Source: Curvularia clavata (taxonomy: Eukaryota). From it: a stretch of DNA of 64,000 nt. The position numbers and the translations under genes are program-made. Under the pieces are notes generated by a model. That model searched no databases and had not been told where the DNA came from. It worked only from the letters and a program-made list of their open reading frames with translations. Positions 13,901 through 25,923 of the stretch are shown here, one piece after another. The stretch is taken from contig CP089274.1 in assembly GCA_023920165.1 (NCBI GenBank), forward strand, positions 4,836,001-4,900,000, read 5' to 3'. Numbering within the stretch: the first letter of the stretch is position 1; every line of letters starts with the position of its first letter.

Positions 13901-16900
13901 GACAGTGGAGAGCCGATCAGAGTGGCCTTCTTTGACATATACAATTCTTTCTTGGGCATGTATCAGATCTTCTCCAGTGAAAATTGGACCACAATCTTGT
14001 ACAACGTCACCAACTACCAAAAGCCGTTTGGCATTGCTTGGATTGGTGCATCGTTCTGTATCCTGTGGTTCATTTTTGCCAATTGTAAGTGCAAAGGCTC
14101 CAGTAAATGCAGAGACCATACGCTGACCTCTTACAGTCATCGTGCTGAACATGTTTATTGCTGTCATTCAGGAAAACTTTGACGTTTCTGAAGATGAAAA
14201 GCGCTTGCAGCAAGTCAAGGCATTCCTTCAACAAAAAGAGGATGGCCTGACTTCATCCACTGGGTATGTTGAAAAAGAATAACCAGAATTGAGTCATCTG
14301 TTAACCATTTGTAGCAATCTATCCCTTTCGTCCATTTTCAAGCTTGGCCAGGCGCGTCGTCGAGATCCTCTAGATTATGGCCATGCCGCTACCGAAATGC
14401 TTCTCAAAGACGCAGTCGTTCGCGACTTTCTCGATGAAGGCAATGACCATGAAAGCCCCCACGAAGAAGACCCTCGGCCAGGCATTCGTCCCACCAAGAC
14501 CATAGTGGGCTCCGGGACCATGTCCACCATTTGGCAACGATTGCTGCGCCGCATTGTCCATCGCGAACCAAATCCTTTCTACGCACCCCTAGATTTTGGT
14601 CGCGCATATGAGGACCTCGACCCAAGAAGCATGGCGAAAGAGGTGGTTTCGGCAACGGAGAGGCGCAAAAAGGCTCAGCGCGAGTATTTGCGCAACCACC
14701 CCAACTACAACGTATCCCTGTTTATTTTCCGTGTCAACAACCCAATACGTAAATTTTGCCAGCGCGTTGTCGGCCCCGGTCGAGGTGGCGACCGCATTGA
14801 AGGTGTCGCGCCGTCAGTCCCCATCTGGTATGCATTTTCGGCTTTCATCTACGCAGCCATTATTGCAATGGTACTGTTGGCTTGCATTACCACTCCGCTG
14901 TATCAACGAGAGTACTTTATGCGTCACGAGTTCAGCGTCAAGAACTGGTTCGTGTGGGTAGACATGGGCTTTGCTATCCTGTTCACTGCCGAGGCTCTTA
15001 TCAAGGTTATTGCCGACGGTTTCTTCTGGACTCCAAATGCCTACTTTCGCGGTTCTTGGGGCTTTATTGATGGCGTTGTGCTGATCACTCTGTGGATCAA
15101 TGTTGGTACATCATTTTTAAACGAGGGCCAAGTCACTCGAACTGTGGGCGCCTTCAAGGCGCTGAGAGCTCTTCGTCTGCTCAATATCAGTGACAGTGCG
15201 CGCAATCACTTCCACTCACTTATCATTCGCAGTTGGTGGAAGCTCTTTTCGGTAAGTAAAATTTAACGTACACATGAGCATAAAACTGATGATCGATCCA
15301 GGCTGCTTTTGTCTCGTTGAGTTTGCTGATTCCCTTTGCCATTTATGGTTTGAACCTTTTCGTGGGCAAGATGCAGTCTTGCAACGACGGCGACTTCCCT
15401 GCCGGCGCCAGCCTAAGGGATTGCGTCGGAGAATACGACAGCTCGCCTTTTGAATGGAACGTCTTAGCACCGCGGCAAGCCTCCAATCCCTTTTACGACT
15501 TTGACAATTTTGGAGACTCCCTCTTCATCCTGTTTCAGATTGTGTCCCAAGAAGGGTGGACGGACTGCATGTGGACTGCAATGAGTATCACTGGATTTTT
15601 CAAGCAACCAGAACCCAGAGCGTCCACAGGAAATTCGGTCTACTTCATCATTTTCAACTTGCTCGGAGCGGTTTTCGTCTTGACTCTCTTTGTGTCCGTC
15701 TTCATGCGCAACTACACGGAACAAACTGGAGTCGCCTTCTTGACAACAGACCAGCGATCCTGGCTCGAGTTACGGAAACTCCTCCGCCAGGTCTCTCCTT
15801 CCAAACGGCCGTCGTCAACGAAGCAACGAGAAAGCTGGGAAGAATGGTGCTACCGCCGAGCTGTCACCAAGACTGGGTACTGGCAAAGGTTTATCACCGG
15901 CGTCTTGATACTCCATCTCTTGTTGCTATGCTTGGAATGGTACCCAGGCTATGGTCCTTGGGAGACTGCCCGAGACTACATCTTCCTTGTCCTTACAGTC
16001 ACTTTCATTGCGAACGTAGTCATCCGGATCATTGGTCTCTCCTGGCACCGCTTCCGCAAGAGCGCTTGGGACATGTTCTCCATTTTCTCTGTATCGGGGT
16101 CTTTTGTGACTTCAATTCTTGTGTTGGCGAGAAACGACATTAGGATTTTCGTCCAGCTTCACAAACTCTGTCTCGTCTCGATTGCCCTATTGCTCATTCC
16201 TCGGAACAATTCGCTTGATCAGCTGTTCAAGACCGCGGCGGCAAGTCTGGCATCCATCGGCAACCTTCTCGCCACATGGTTTGTACTATTCTTGGTGTAT
16301 GCCATTGCTCTCACGCAAACTTTTGGTCTCACTCGTTTTGGAGAGAACGAAACTGGGAACATCAATTTCCGTACCGTACCCAAAGCGCTCATCTTTCTCT
16401 TCGTCACGAGCGGAGGCGAAGGTTGGAATCAATTCATGGAAGACTTTGCAACCGTTGACAAGCCCTACTGCACAGTAGGAGACAAGTACTTCAACAGCGA
16501 CTGCGGCAGTCCAGAGTGGGCACGAGCTCTTTTCATCAGCTGGAACATTCTGAGCATGTACATTTTCGTCAACTTGTTCGTCTCGTTGATCTACGAGAGT
16601 TTCTCCTACGTCTACCAGCGGAGTAGCGGGCTCTCTGTCATCAGCAGAGAAGAGATTCGTCGCTTCAAGCAAGCATGGGCGGAATTTGATCCTAACGGGA
16701 CTGGCTACATCTCCAAGGATGTGTTCCCAAGGCTTCTTGGAGTAAGTATATCGTCCCGGAGCGAAGCGACATGACTGACTTTGATAGGAACTTTCTGGAA
16801 TTTTTGAGATGCGTATCTACGACGGCGATTTCACTATTGGTGCACTCATCGACGAGTGCAGTGTGACGAACCGACGGGAGTCAAATTTGCCGGTGCCAGG

Positions 16901-17782
16901 CCACGAACCGACAAAAGAGATTGACATTGACAAGCTAAACCGTCGGCTGGCACAGCTGCCAGTCGCCGAGATACAGCGCCGACGAAAGCGCATGAACACC
17001 TTCTACGAGGAGGTGAATGTGTCGAGCGACCCAGATCGAGGCATCCAGTTCTCTTCATTGTTGATGATCTTGGCCCATTACAAGGTCATCAATGATAACA
17101 AGAGCTTGAGGTACGTGTTAATATCAACGGTTTTACATGCAGTATAAGAATATGGCTGACAAATTGCAGGCTAGAGGAGTTCTTAAGGCGCAGGGCCCGA
17201 CTCCAACGAGTCGAGGAAGCAGTTCGCCGCAACGTAGTAGTGGGCTTTTTCGACACACTGTACTGGGCGCGACGGTTCCGCCGTGCCATGGAACTGAAGA
17301 AACAGGGACGCATGGCGACTGTTCCGCAATTCACAGTCCCCGAAATCTTTATTGACGATGAAGACATCACAAATGCTCAACGGGGCACCGCTACACCTAT
17401 GGAGAGTCCTCTCTTCTCTCCTCAAGACCTCCACGCGCCATCGCCAAGGAACTCGGCTGGTGGTCCACCAATCCTCCCGCATCTGCAATTCGATCAAATT
17501 CGAAGTAGGGCCAACTCAATCCAGCAGTCGCCGACTGGATCACCTACAAGGGCAAGCACGCAGCCAGCATCGCCCATGTCGCCCTCAGGCGGCGAGCCAG
17601 ATTGGCAGTTTGCGTCTGCGCTTAGTCGGCCACCAAGTCCACTTGACCCAGAGTCTGGGCAAGCGGATAGTCGCAGCCGTGCGAACAGTTCAGTCAGTGC
17701 AGCCGATGTCTTGGAGGTGCTCGACAACTCGGCATGGGGAGAAAGTATCAGGAGAAGTTTCACACAAAAGAGACGCAGCTAA
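10982..17782 (+). CDS. CCH1: Fungal high-affinity calcium channel alpha subunit Cch1
   Basis: Four 6-TM repeats with S4 segments (LSCLRIIRLL, FQIIRVYRVV, FKALRALRLL). Pore loops SSNTWS/SSENWT/SQEGWT/GGEGWN. EF-hand-like 'WAEFDPNGTGYIS'. Several short introns. Confidence 0.95.
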
Positions 17783-20595
17783 TCACACACAAACAAGACA
17801 TGGTGTTCACAGGGACAAAGGGGAGTTTAAGGGGAAAGGGGGTCTTGCAGCTGTACTATGTACAGCAGATGTCGACCCGTCACGATTTACAAGGGGGGAC
17901 ATACACACAAACTCGGCGTTGGCATTTTTAGGAGAAGGGAGGCAAACGGATTTGACAACTTGGCGAACTTGGGGCGGGGAGTGGGGGAGGGGGGAGGCGT
18001 TGCTGTTGCAAGACACCCTTTGGGGGCACACTAGTGAGTGCGAAACGCGTTGCATAAAGGTCGAGAACCGAACTAGGCACGTACCCTACGCGAACTTGCG
18101 GATTATCGAAGCCGAGACACACACACACATCACATGGGTTTATCAATAGCACCAAACCTGATCTACACGGGGAGAAGGGGGGTTAAGGCAGGCGTATGGC
18201 ACTAGAACGGATGGAGAAGGCATGGAGATTGGTCACACACTCACAAAGTTGGATCCTGGTATGAGGTGGTAATGGGTAGTTGTGGGCTGAGGTGTGGTCC
18301 GTCGTCGTCGTCTTGCGTGGTGTGGAACTTTTGGCATTGCATAGCGTTGGCGTTGTTGTTGTTGAAGGCGGGGCTTCCGACTAGAACACCTACCTAGACT
18401 CACTCTGTTTAGCTAATAAGAGAAAAGAACAGGATTCTTTATTTTGATATGTCATTGTCATGCTCTTGTCTACCATGCATGTATGTACTTCAAGGGTGGT
18501 GACCACGGTCGAACTCTAAGTGCTGTCATTGTTATGCTGTATATAGAAATGGAGCAAGTAGGGTCATGTACGAGAGATAAGCTGCTTTGATACCTCGTCT
18601 ATCTCCCTCTCTTTTTTTCCTTCCAAGGTTTGAGCCGTGATTTCATGACGATGCCCTCCTCAGCCCCTTGCAGCTGACTGCGTTGTCTAGACGGGCAAAT
18701 TAGCCACGGTGTTAGTATCACACGCGAGAGAACAGGTGTTACTTGGCTGCGAGCGATGGCGAAGGCAGTTCTCCGTAGTGTCCTGGACATGTCACGGTTA
18801 AGTTTATTGGTCCAGCAAACCAGCACTTGCATGTCTAGTCGGGGCCGTACTAGAAAGGCCAGTCAGAGGATCCACAGGTTATTTCCCACCCAGCTGACGA
18901 ATCTTTTTTTGTTCGCCACCGTTTTCTGTGAGGTTGAGAGGACATAGACTAGCATGGACGATGGCGGAGACTCGAGACTTGTTGGTACGCTAGATGGAGG
19001 CGAGCTGGTTGGGCAAACATGGGCTGTAGGCGTATGTGCGTGTAAAGCAGAATAGACGCACATGGTAGCTGAAACGCCCCGCTCTCGCGCATGACCCGCA
19101 AGCGCATTTGCCCGCGTGTGCAGTGTGCGTGTGCGTGTGTGTGCGCGCTCTGGCAGGCGATAGACGAGCCTGGGGAGCGTGTTGAGCGCATTACAACGGC
19201 GTCTGGATTCGTAGTTTGACCGGCGCATCTGAAACATTGGGCAGGCCGTCAGACAGCTCGGCAGCCCCCAGTCTATGCCACATGCGGCCACGGTTCAAGT
19301 GTCGCAGATTCTTTGCGTCACAGCAGGCCGTGTGGGCGAACACGGGGTGGAGACGGTGCAGGCTTCATGTTGCTCAATGTGTGGTGTGGTGTGGGCTGTT
19401 CGCCTTTGCCCCTTTTTCCAACAGGCTTGGTTGGATGCAACAGGCAGAAACAAGACGATGGGGTGCGTTGTGTCTGAAGCCAACCTAGATTGGTGCATGT
19501 GCTCCGGTTCAGACAAAGCCACCAGTGGCTTGCGCCGACTGGCGGGATACGAGAAACTTAGTAGCAGTAGTAATGCGCGGTGCCTGTGACTTTGTGAGTG
19601 GGTGGTGGTGGTGGTGATGGTGAGTGTTCATGTGGGGCGGAGTCGGGCATGCAAAGGGCCAAAAAGGAGTACGCGTGTTGCAGCAGGCAGGAAAAAGGAC
19701 CCAGAACGAGAAAGGGCGAGTCTTAATGCGCCGTTGGAAGTACCAAAGTCGTGGGTTGAGTAGAGAGGAAAAGGGAACCCTGACTGGCGGCTTTGGCAGC
19801 AATCTCCCCTATCGATTGCAGGGCGTCGCTGGAAATGAGCACAGCAATCTGTCCGCGGCAGCCAACAAGGCCCTCCGCTTGGCTTCCCGCTCGCTAGTTT
19901 GCGCTGCCGGCGATCAAACATGGGCCAGAACACCCCGGCCACTTGAAGCATCCGTTCCATGGTTTGACCTTCCTGGCACGCAACACGCACTGGCTCAACC
20001 CAACATGCGACACGACATCCTCGACCGGACCCGCTCCTCCGCTGCCTCTCAAAAAGCTGCTGTCATCTCGCCCTTGGGCCACTGAATCATTCTTCTCCCC
20101 TCCCATCTCTGCCACATTCGTTTTCATTGGAACATTGCTCCTTCTTCTTGTTTGCTCTTCACGTATATTACACGCCCACACGCCCTTGTTACGAGCAACC
20201 CCCAAAGTTTTTCCGTCTCGGTCACATCTACTCGAAACCACCGAGTACAGCAAACTTTGTTCAGCGCTTTGGCCGCTCCATCCTGTCATCCAACGTCATT
20301 TGCCCATCTTGACTCGCAAGCCGGACCTTGTCTTGATTACACAGGACCCAAATCCGTGGTTGCCCTTGCCAACTCTATTGTTATTACTGCATTATATCCT
20401 CGTGCTTGTGCCCTTGCACTGCTCATCATCCTTATCGTCATCACCTATCCTTTCGTAAAGGACAGCCGGACCTCGTCTATACGGACAGTCATTCACTTGG
20501 ACAACAAAAACGACAGCTATACGCAAAGCATCCTCGCGAGAGAACAGTAATTACCACTACTACTCCAAAACCACACCAAAATAAACACCGCAATC

Positions 20596-21003
20596 ATGCC
20601 TTCCTCTCCCAGCCGCACCAACCGCTTCCAATCCTTCACCCCTCTGCGCAGCACCTCGGGCTCCCTTCGCCGTCTCAAGACCGCCTTCAGCCCCACCCGC
20701 AACTCTCTGCGCTCGGCTTCCCCTTCTTCTGTCATGACCTCCTCCTCCATGACCTCCCCTCTAACCCGCAACTCGTCGCCACACAGCCAGCGCTCCTCAT
20801 CAGGCTCATCATCGGGCTCCTCGCTGTTCGAGCTGCTCGCCGTCCGCCGCAAGCCCAGCGTCCTGGAATTCGAAATGGAAGAGGAGCGCCACTTGTTCGA
20901 GCAGGAACTAGATGTCCTCGAGCCTCGTCCTAGCTCGGGCCGTGGCTCCAGCGACGTCGTCTATGTTGTTGGCATCTTTGAGGTCTTGGATGGAAAGCGC
21001 TGA
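20596..21003 (+). CDS. Small Ser-rich hypothetical protein (135 aa)
   Basis: Good start context (CAATCATG) after a C/A-rich leader, coding-like codon bias, and a structured-looking C-terminus 'LFEQELDVLEPRP..VGIFEVLDGKR'. Confidence 0.65.
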   Translation: MPSSPSRTNRFQSFTPLRSTSGSLRRLKTAFSPTRNSLRSASPSSVMTSSSMTSPLTRNSSPHSQRSSSGSSSGSSLFELLAVRRKPSVLEFEMEEERHLFEQELDVLEPRPSSGRGSSDVVYVVGIFEVLDGKR

Positions 21004-22139
21004 GGCTGCCTTTGGCTATTTTTGCCTCGGCTTCTTCCTTTTTCTTTTGCTTCTTCATGGGTTCCAACGTTCTTCTTTCTATTTTGGGTCTTTAACGAGG
21101 GACGAAGAAAGTGCGGTGAAAGAAGAAAAGGAACGCAGATCATGCGTTTCTGGAACATCGGCGTTTTATTGTCTTTCCTTTTTTTTCTCTACTTCTACGC
21201 GGGAAAGTGTGCGGGGATTCTGCTTTGCCCGAGAGACAGCCTTGGTTTCTCGTCTGGCAACAGGATCAAAGGTCTCTTATTTTCTCTTCTCTTACCCTTC
21301 TTACTTGCTGCGGCGAGTCTTATCACTCGGTTTGGAATACTGTTCCATATGAGCTGGTTGTTTCTTTTTCTGCGTTTGTCGCGCGCTTCTTTGGGATTCA
21401 AGCTGGACTAATGGGCTTGTTTGCGGAATGGGACTCTGCGCTACCGCACCGCACTGGGGCGTCTCGGTATACCCTCCTCCCTCCTCCTTCCATGCCACCG
21501 AATTGAGGTTGGATTGGACATTCAGGGATTGATTTGGACGCATGAGATGTGGGAATCATCATTATGCTATCTGAGGGATTTCATGAAAACTATGAATAGA
21601 CACTTTTTTTTTTGGAAAACCGTCTTTGCCACTTGCCTTGACTTGACACTCCCACAACCAGTGAAACTACAAAATCAAACATAATTAAAAAACAGATGAC
21701 TGTGACAACTAGAGCTGTAAGTGCTAAGATCATAGTAACTAATAGACAACTGAGACAACATAATCACTTCCAAAGTAGATCGCCAATTTCTTGTTCCACC
21801 AGTTGTGGGAGAGCTTGTTACGTCGTCTTGTGAAGAGATGCTTCTCATACAGTATTAGAAGGGTGTTGTGTAGGGTTTGAATCACGTCCAGAGAAGGGAA
21901 ATTTAGAAAAAAGCATGTCCGTTTAGTGTACTCATCTTAACAGGATCACTCCAAAACACTGCGAAATCAAACAAATCATACTCAAATGAATTCAATCTTC
22001 ATACTTGGCAGTTTTATCCTAAGACCCAGATTATGCAGCAGCATTATAACGCCATTCCGATGCAGTTCATCCACCGCAATTGATATACAAATACTATAAG
22101 AAAAAGAAAGGAAAAAAGGGTGACGAAGTCAGAAACCAC

Positions 22140-24485
22140 CTAATGCACACCATTAACAGAGACCTGTAAGCTATCCAGCTCCTCTTTCCGCCTCCTGTAC
22201 AGATCCTGCGCTTCTCTCTCTCTTCTCGTCACAAACTGCACTTCGTCGCGCAGACGCTCTAGTCTGCACTCTATAGCGGTCTGCTCATTGTATTGAGCTG
22301 TGCGCGCCGTGCTGACATCATCCCTCGCCTTTTCAAGTGCTGCAAAAGCGCCTCCAATCTTCTCTCGTAGCAGAGCAGAGCGCTTGGCGTAGCCGGCGTG
22401 ATGGGTCGTAAGGCGTTTTTCAATCTTGTTTGCGCGCATAGCCGCCTCCTCAGCCGCCTCCTGGGCCTTGCCTAAGGCTTCGCGCATAGATTGGAGCTCA
22501 TCGATTTCACCCTCTTCGTAGCCTGCAATACCTGGAAGAATCGTGGACCCGTGCAGCGTCGTCCACGAGGTGGTGACGGCAGAGTTAAATGCCTTCTTAT
22601 CCTTCTCGGTCGTCATAGCAAGCTCGAGGGCGAGCTCCATCTTAGCATTCCGGAGAGCTTCATCAGACATCGGCTCGATTCGTTGTATCGCACCGGTGAC
22701 ACGACCATTGCCAAACTTCTTAACGTCATTCGCAATGAGGTTGGCCATCTCAATCTCGACTTCGCGCTCTACAGGATCAGACAGTTCCAGTGCGCGCTCC
22801 ATCATGGCGTTAATATCGACCTGTGATGGCCTTGGGAGGAACCTCTGCACAACTTGGGTTTGTCGACCAAATTCCGCAGCCTCTTGTGCCTCACGAGCTT
22901 CGCGAGCTCTCCGGTCGCGCTCCGCTGCGTCTTCCTCGCTGATCTCGACCTCCATCGGCTCAGCTTGCTCCTCAGGCAACTCAAACTCCCAACTTTCTTC
23001 CTTAGGCTTCGGCAGCGATGCGAGCTTGCTTTTCAAGTCTTGACGTTTTGCCTGTTCCCTCAGTTTGATGTCGCGGGGTGTCTGACCAACTAGTTGCATG
23101 CCACTCTCTTCTCCATTTAAGCGTAGTGTGTCTCGAGGCGTTCGCATCGGGGTAGCTCCTGGTCCTTGTCGCATTGGCGTGGCCCCTACTCCACCGTTGG
23201 CTTGCCTAAAGGGCGTTGCCATCGGGTTCGGTGTCACAATCTGATGCCGTGACGCTGACCCAGACAACGATGTAGGCGCCTGGTCTTCTATGAGATCCGG
23301 ATTGTCTCCACCGAGCAGAGCGGACTGTGTCTCCGTCCTCATCCGAGCGTTTCGTACTTCATTTGCAACATAATCTTCTTCCTTGGGCGCCATGGGCGTT
23401 CGGATTGGTGTATTGCCGACCACATTCGAGTAGTCTCCGATCAGGCCCTGGGTCGCGACATTGTCGCTATTTCCTGCAGCAATTGCGCGTTGGCCAGTCG
23501 CTCCCATCTTGACAATATCCTCGAGTTCGGCCTCGCCGACCTGTGGGGCCGGCAGTACCAGCGCGCGTCGCTTGCTGCTCTGCTCTGCCTCTCGTATCCT
23601 CTGCATCTGAGCAGCCTTTGCATATGATGCTGCGAGACCTCCCGCCTTGTCTTCCTTCTTTTTCTTTCTGTCAGCCCCCCCTTCCTCCTGCGCTTCCATC
23701 TTTCTCTTATTCGCAAGTTGTTGTTTTCGTGGGTCAAACGCTTCCCGCTGTCGCTCGTTGCGCTCGATCTCTTCGGTGGTATCGAAGAAGCCGGCAGGGA
23801 CTTCTTTCTCGAGCGGAACGTCCGCATTATAGTCGATGTGGTTACCCTTCTTTGGTGTAATTTTGATGTTGATGCCAGCTGCCTTCAGCTCCCGGCGCTT
23901 CTGAAGCAAAGCAAGTCGTCTCGATTCCTCAAGCTGTCTTTCGCGAGCCTTCCGCTTGGCCTTCTTGCCGCTGACGTTTGACAAACGTGCGCGCGCCTCT
24001 GATAGCATCTCTTTATCTTCGTCCTCTAGATCCACAGCGTCTGGTCTAGCAGGACGGCTTTCCGCGTAGGCGTCGACCTCCCCGGGACGCAGGCGTCGAA
24101 CATCTTCTGCTGACGGCGCAGCTGTATCTCCGCCGTCTGGGCCTGCAAGTCCCAGATCTCCAGACTCCCGTGCTTCTTGTTCATCCAGCAACTTTTGGTA
24201 TCGTTCGAGACACTGCGTCGCTGTTCGTCCGACGATGGGTGCAATCGTGCGCCATTGAGTTGGAAGGAGTTTTGCCATAGTCAAGAGCTTCTCGTCAGAC
24301 TCGCGATCCCACTCGGTCTTGCGAATCGATGGGTCCAGCCATTCCTGCCATCTTGACTTGCATTGCTTCGCGCTCTTCTTTGCTAACAGAGAGGCGCACC
24401 GTGACCACTGGTTCAACCCATATTTGCTGATAGCCGCCTTCAGCACCTCGTCCTCGACGTTCGACCAGGAAGATGTGACGACCAT
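22140..24485 (-). CDS. CEF1: Pre-mRNA splicing factor Cef1/Cdc5 (Myb repeats)
   Basis: 'WSNVEDEVLKAAISKYGLNQWSRCASLL..WQEWLDPSIRKTEW' Myb repeats and the 'EMLSEARARL' motif. Intronless, 781 aa. Confidence 0.95.
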   Translation of the reverse strand: MVVTSSWSNVEDEVLKAAISKYGLNQWSRCASLLAKKSAKQCKSRWQEWLDPSIRKTEWDRESDEKLLTMAKLLPTQWRTIAPIVGRTATQCLERYQKLLDEQEARESGDLGLAGPDGGDTAAPSAEDVRRLRPGEVDAYAESRPARPDAVDLEDEDKEMLSEARARLSNVSGKKAKRKARERQLEESRRLALLQKRRELKAAGINIKITPKKGNHIDYNADVPLEKEVPAGFFDTTEEIERNERQREAFDPRKQQLANKRKMEAQEEGGADRKKKKEDKAGGLAASYAKAAQMQRIREAEQSSKRRALVLPAPQVGEAELEDIVKMGATGQRAIAAGNSDNVATQGLIGDYSNVVGNTPIRTPMAPKEEDYVANEVRNARMRTETQSALLGGDNPDLIEDQAPTSLSGSASRHQIVTPNPMATPFRQANGGVGATPMRQGPGATPMRTPRDTLRLNGEESGMQLVGQTPRDIKLREQAKRQDLKSKLASLPKPKEESWEFELPEEQAEPMEVEISEEDAAERDRRAREAREAQEAAEFGRQTQVVQRFLPRPSQVDINAMMERALELSDPVEREVEIEMANLIANDVKKFGNGRVTGAIQRIEPMSDEALRNAKMELALELAMTTEKDKKAFNSAVTTSWTTLHGSTILPGIAGYEEGEIDELQSMREALGKAQEAAEEAAMRANKIEKRLTTHHAGYAKRSALLREKIGGAFAALEKARDDVSTARTAQYNEQTAIECRLERLRDEVQFVTRREREAQDLYRRRKEELDSLQVSVNGVH

Positions 24486-24850
24486 TTTGGATGGTTTGTC
24501 GAAATCGGAGAAATGGCGCGTTCAGTGGAATGCGACCGCGAGGAAGTTAAATAGTGTCTTGGCAAGATCATGTGCTAGCGTCTTGGCAAGACCAGGCGTT
24601 TGCGTGCGACAAGCAACATGGCACTTGGACATGTGAGTATGAAATGTACAATGTGTAAAAGGTTATACATACAAGCTTTTAATTTTGCTCGGGATGCTTT
24701 GGGTACAAAATTCATTGTCTCCACTTGTGTTCTTGCCGTGACCTTTGTGCAAGCATGACGGACACAGTCACAGTGACGTAAAACCACCATCGCGGTCTTT
24801 ACCTATCTCGCAGCAACTTCACTCGATTTGCAGCAATCATTCACCCAAAC

Positions 24851-25195
24851 ATGATACCTTCGCGCCAAATGTCTCGGCGTGTCTCTGTTCTTTCGTCTGC
24901 CACACGATATTCGCATATGTCTATGCGGCTGATACGGTCGCATAGAGATTACTCAGACTCAAGCTCCAAGGATGCGAACACAAATGCAGTCAGTGGCAAT
25001 TCTCAGAAGCCAGATGTCAAACCACCTAAAGATTTGAAACCTAAGAAGAAAACTCAGGCAGAGCTTGATGCTGAGTTAATGGAAAAGTTGCAAGGTCTCG
25101 ACAGTGAAGGAGGAGCAGCTGGCGTTGAATATGAAGATGGGAAACCCGCCTCAATGAAAAGAAGCGTACGAAACAACATGTTCAGATACATTTGA
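24851..25195 (+). CDS. Small uncharacterised protein, probably mitochondrial
   Basis: Arg/Ser-rich N-terminus without acidic residues (presequence-like). C-terminal 'EGGAAGVEYEDGKPASMKRSVRNNMFRYI'. Divergent from CEF1. Confidence 0.65.
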   Translation: MIPSRQMSRRVSVLSSATRYSHMSMRLIRSHRDYSDSSSKDANTNAVSGNSQKPDVKPPKDLKPKKKTQAELDAELMEKLQGLDSEGGAAGVEYEDGKPASMKRSVRNNMFRYI

Positions 25196-25923
25196 TGCAG
25201 TCAAGAACTCTGCTCTGGTCACATATTCTGGAGCGCCTGCCTTGCCCAAATCAGGAGGTATGTGCTTTTTGAAGCTAGAGTAGCCTTTCAATGCGCTGAC
25301 TTTGACAAGCGTATCCCGCCAACGCTGCGGTATCTATGGATTTTAAACTATCGGGAAGTAAATGAATGTCAGGATTTCCTAAGAAGATGCGTCAAAAGCG
25401 GCTGCCGCTCGTGTATAGGACCCAGTACATGCTTTTCATATTACCAAGCTGTACGCGATGGATCACCTGGTGTCTCGAAGATGGACCGGCAATTTTTTCT
25501 TAATAGGTTGACACCACAGCATTTCTTCGTCTAGCCCATCTCCATCTTTGCATGTTCTATCGTCATATAGTTTGAAATAATCCGTTTATATCAAAGCTAC
25601 CTGGCATTGATTTGGGGTTCCCATTGGATTCTTACAGACAGCGACGTACTAGGCAGATACCATGTTTGAACACAACAGTTTTGTGATGATATTCAAAATC
25701 GTATATTTCAATCAGAAGTTACTAGGCCCATTCACTTACGATATCGCATGCATGCAAATAGGCGTGACCCACGTGAACACGCGATGACTAGGCTAACCCA
25801 ATGTGTACTACCGTCCCATAGCTCTACGGTCCACTTAGTTCAAGTCTGACAACATTCTACTACCTCCGCCTTTCCTTGCTTTTATTTTTAGCAGTAAGTC
25901 GTATCACATCTGTACGGTCAAAG

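Noticed and set aside
13120..16430. Non-EEEE selectivity filter (N-E-E-E) in the calcium channel
   Set aside because: This pattern is normal for fungal Cch1 and is not novel.
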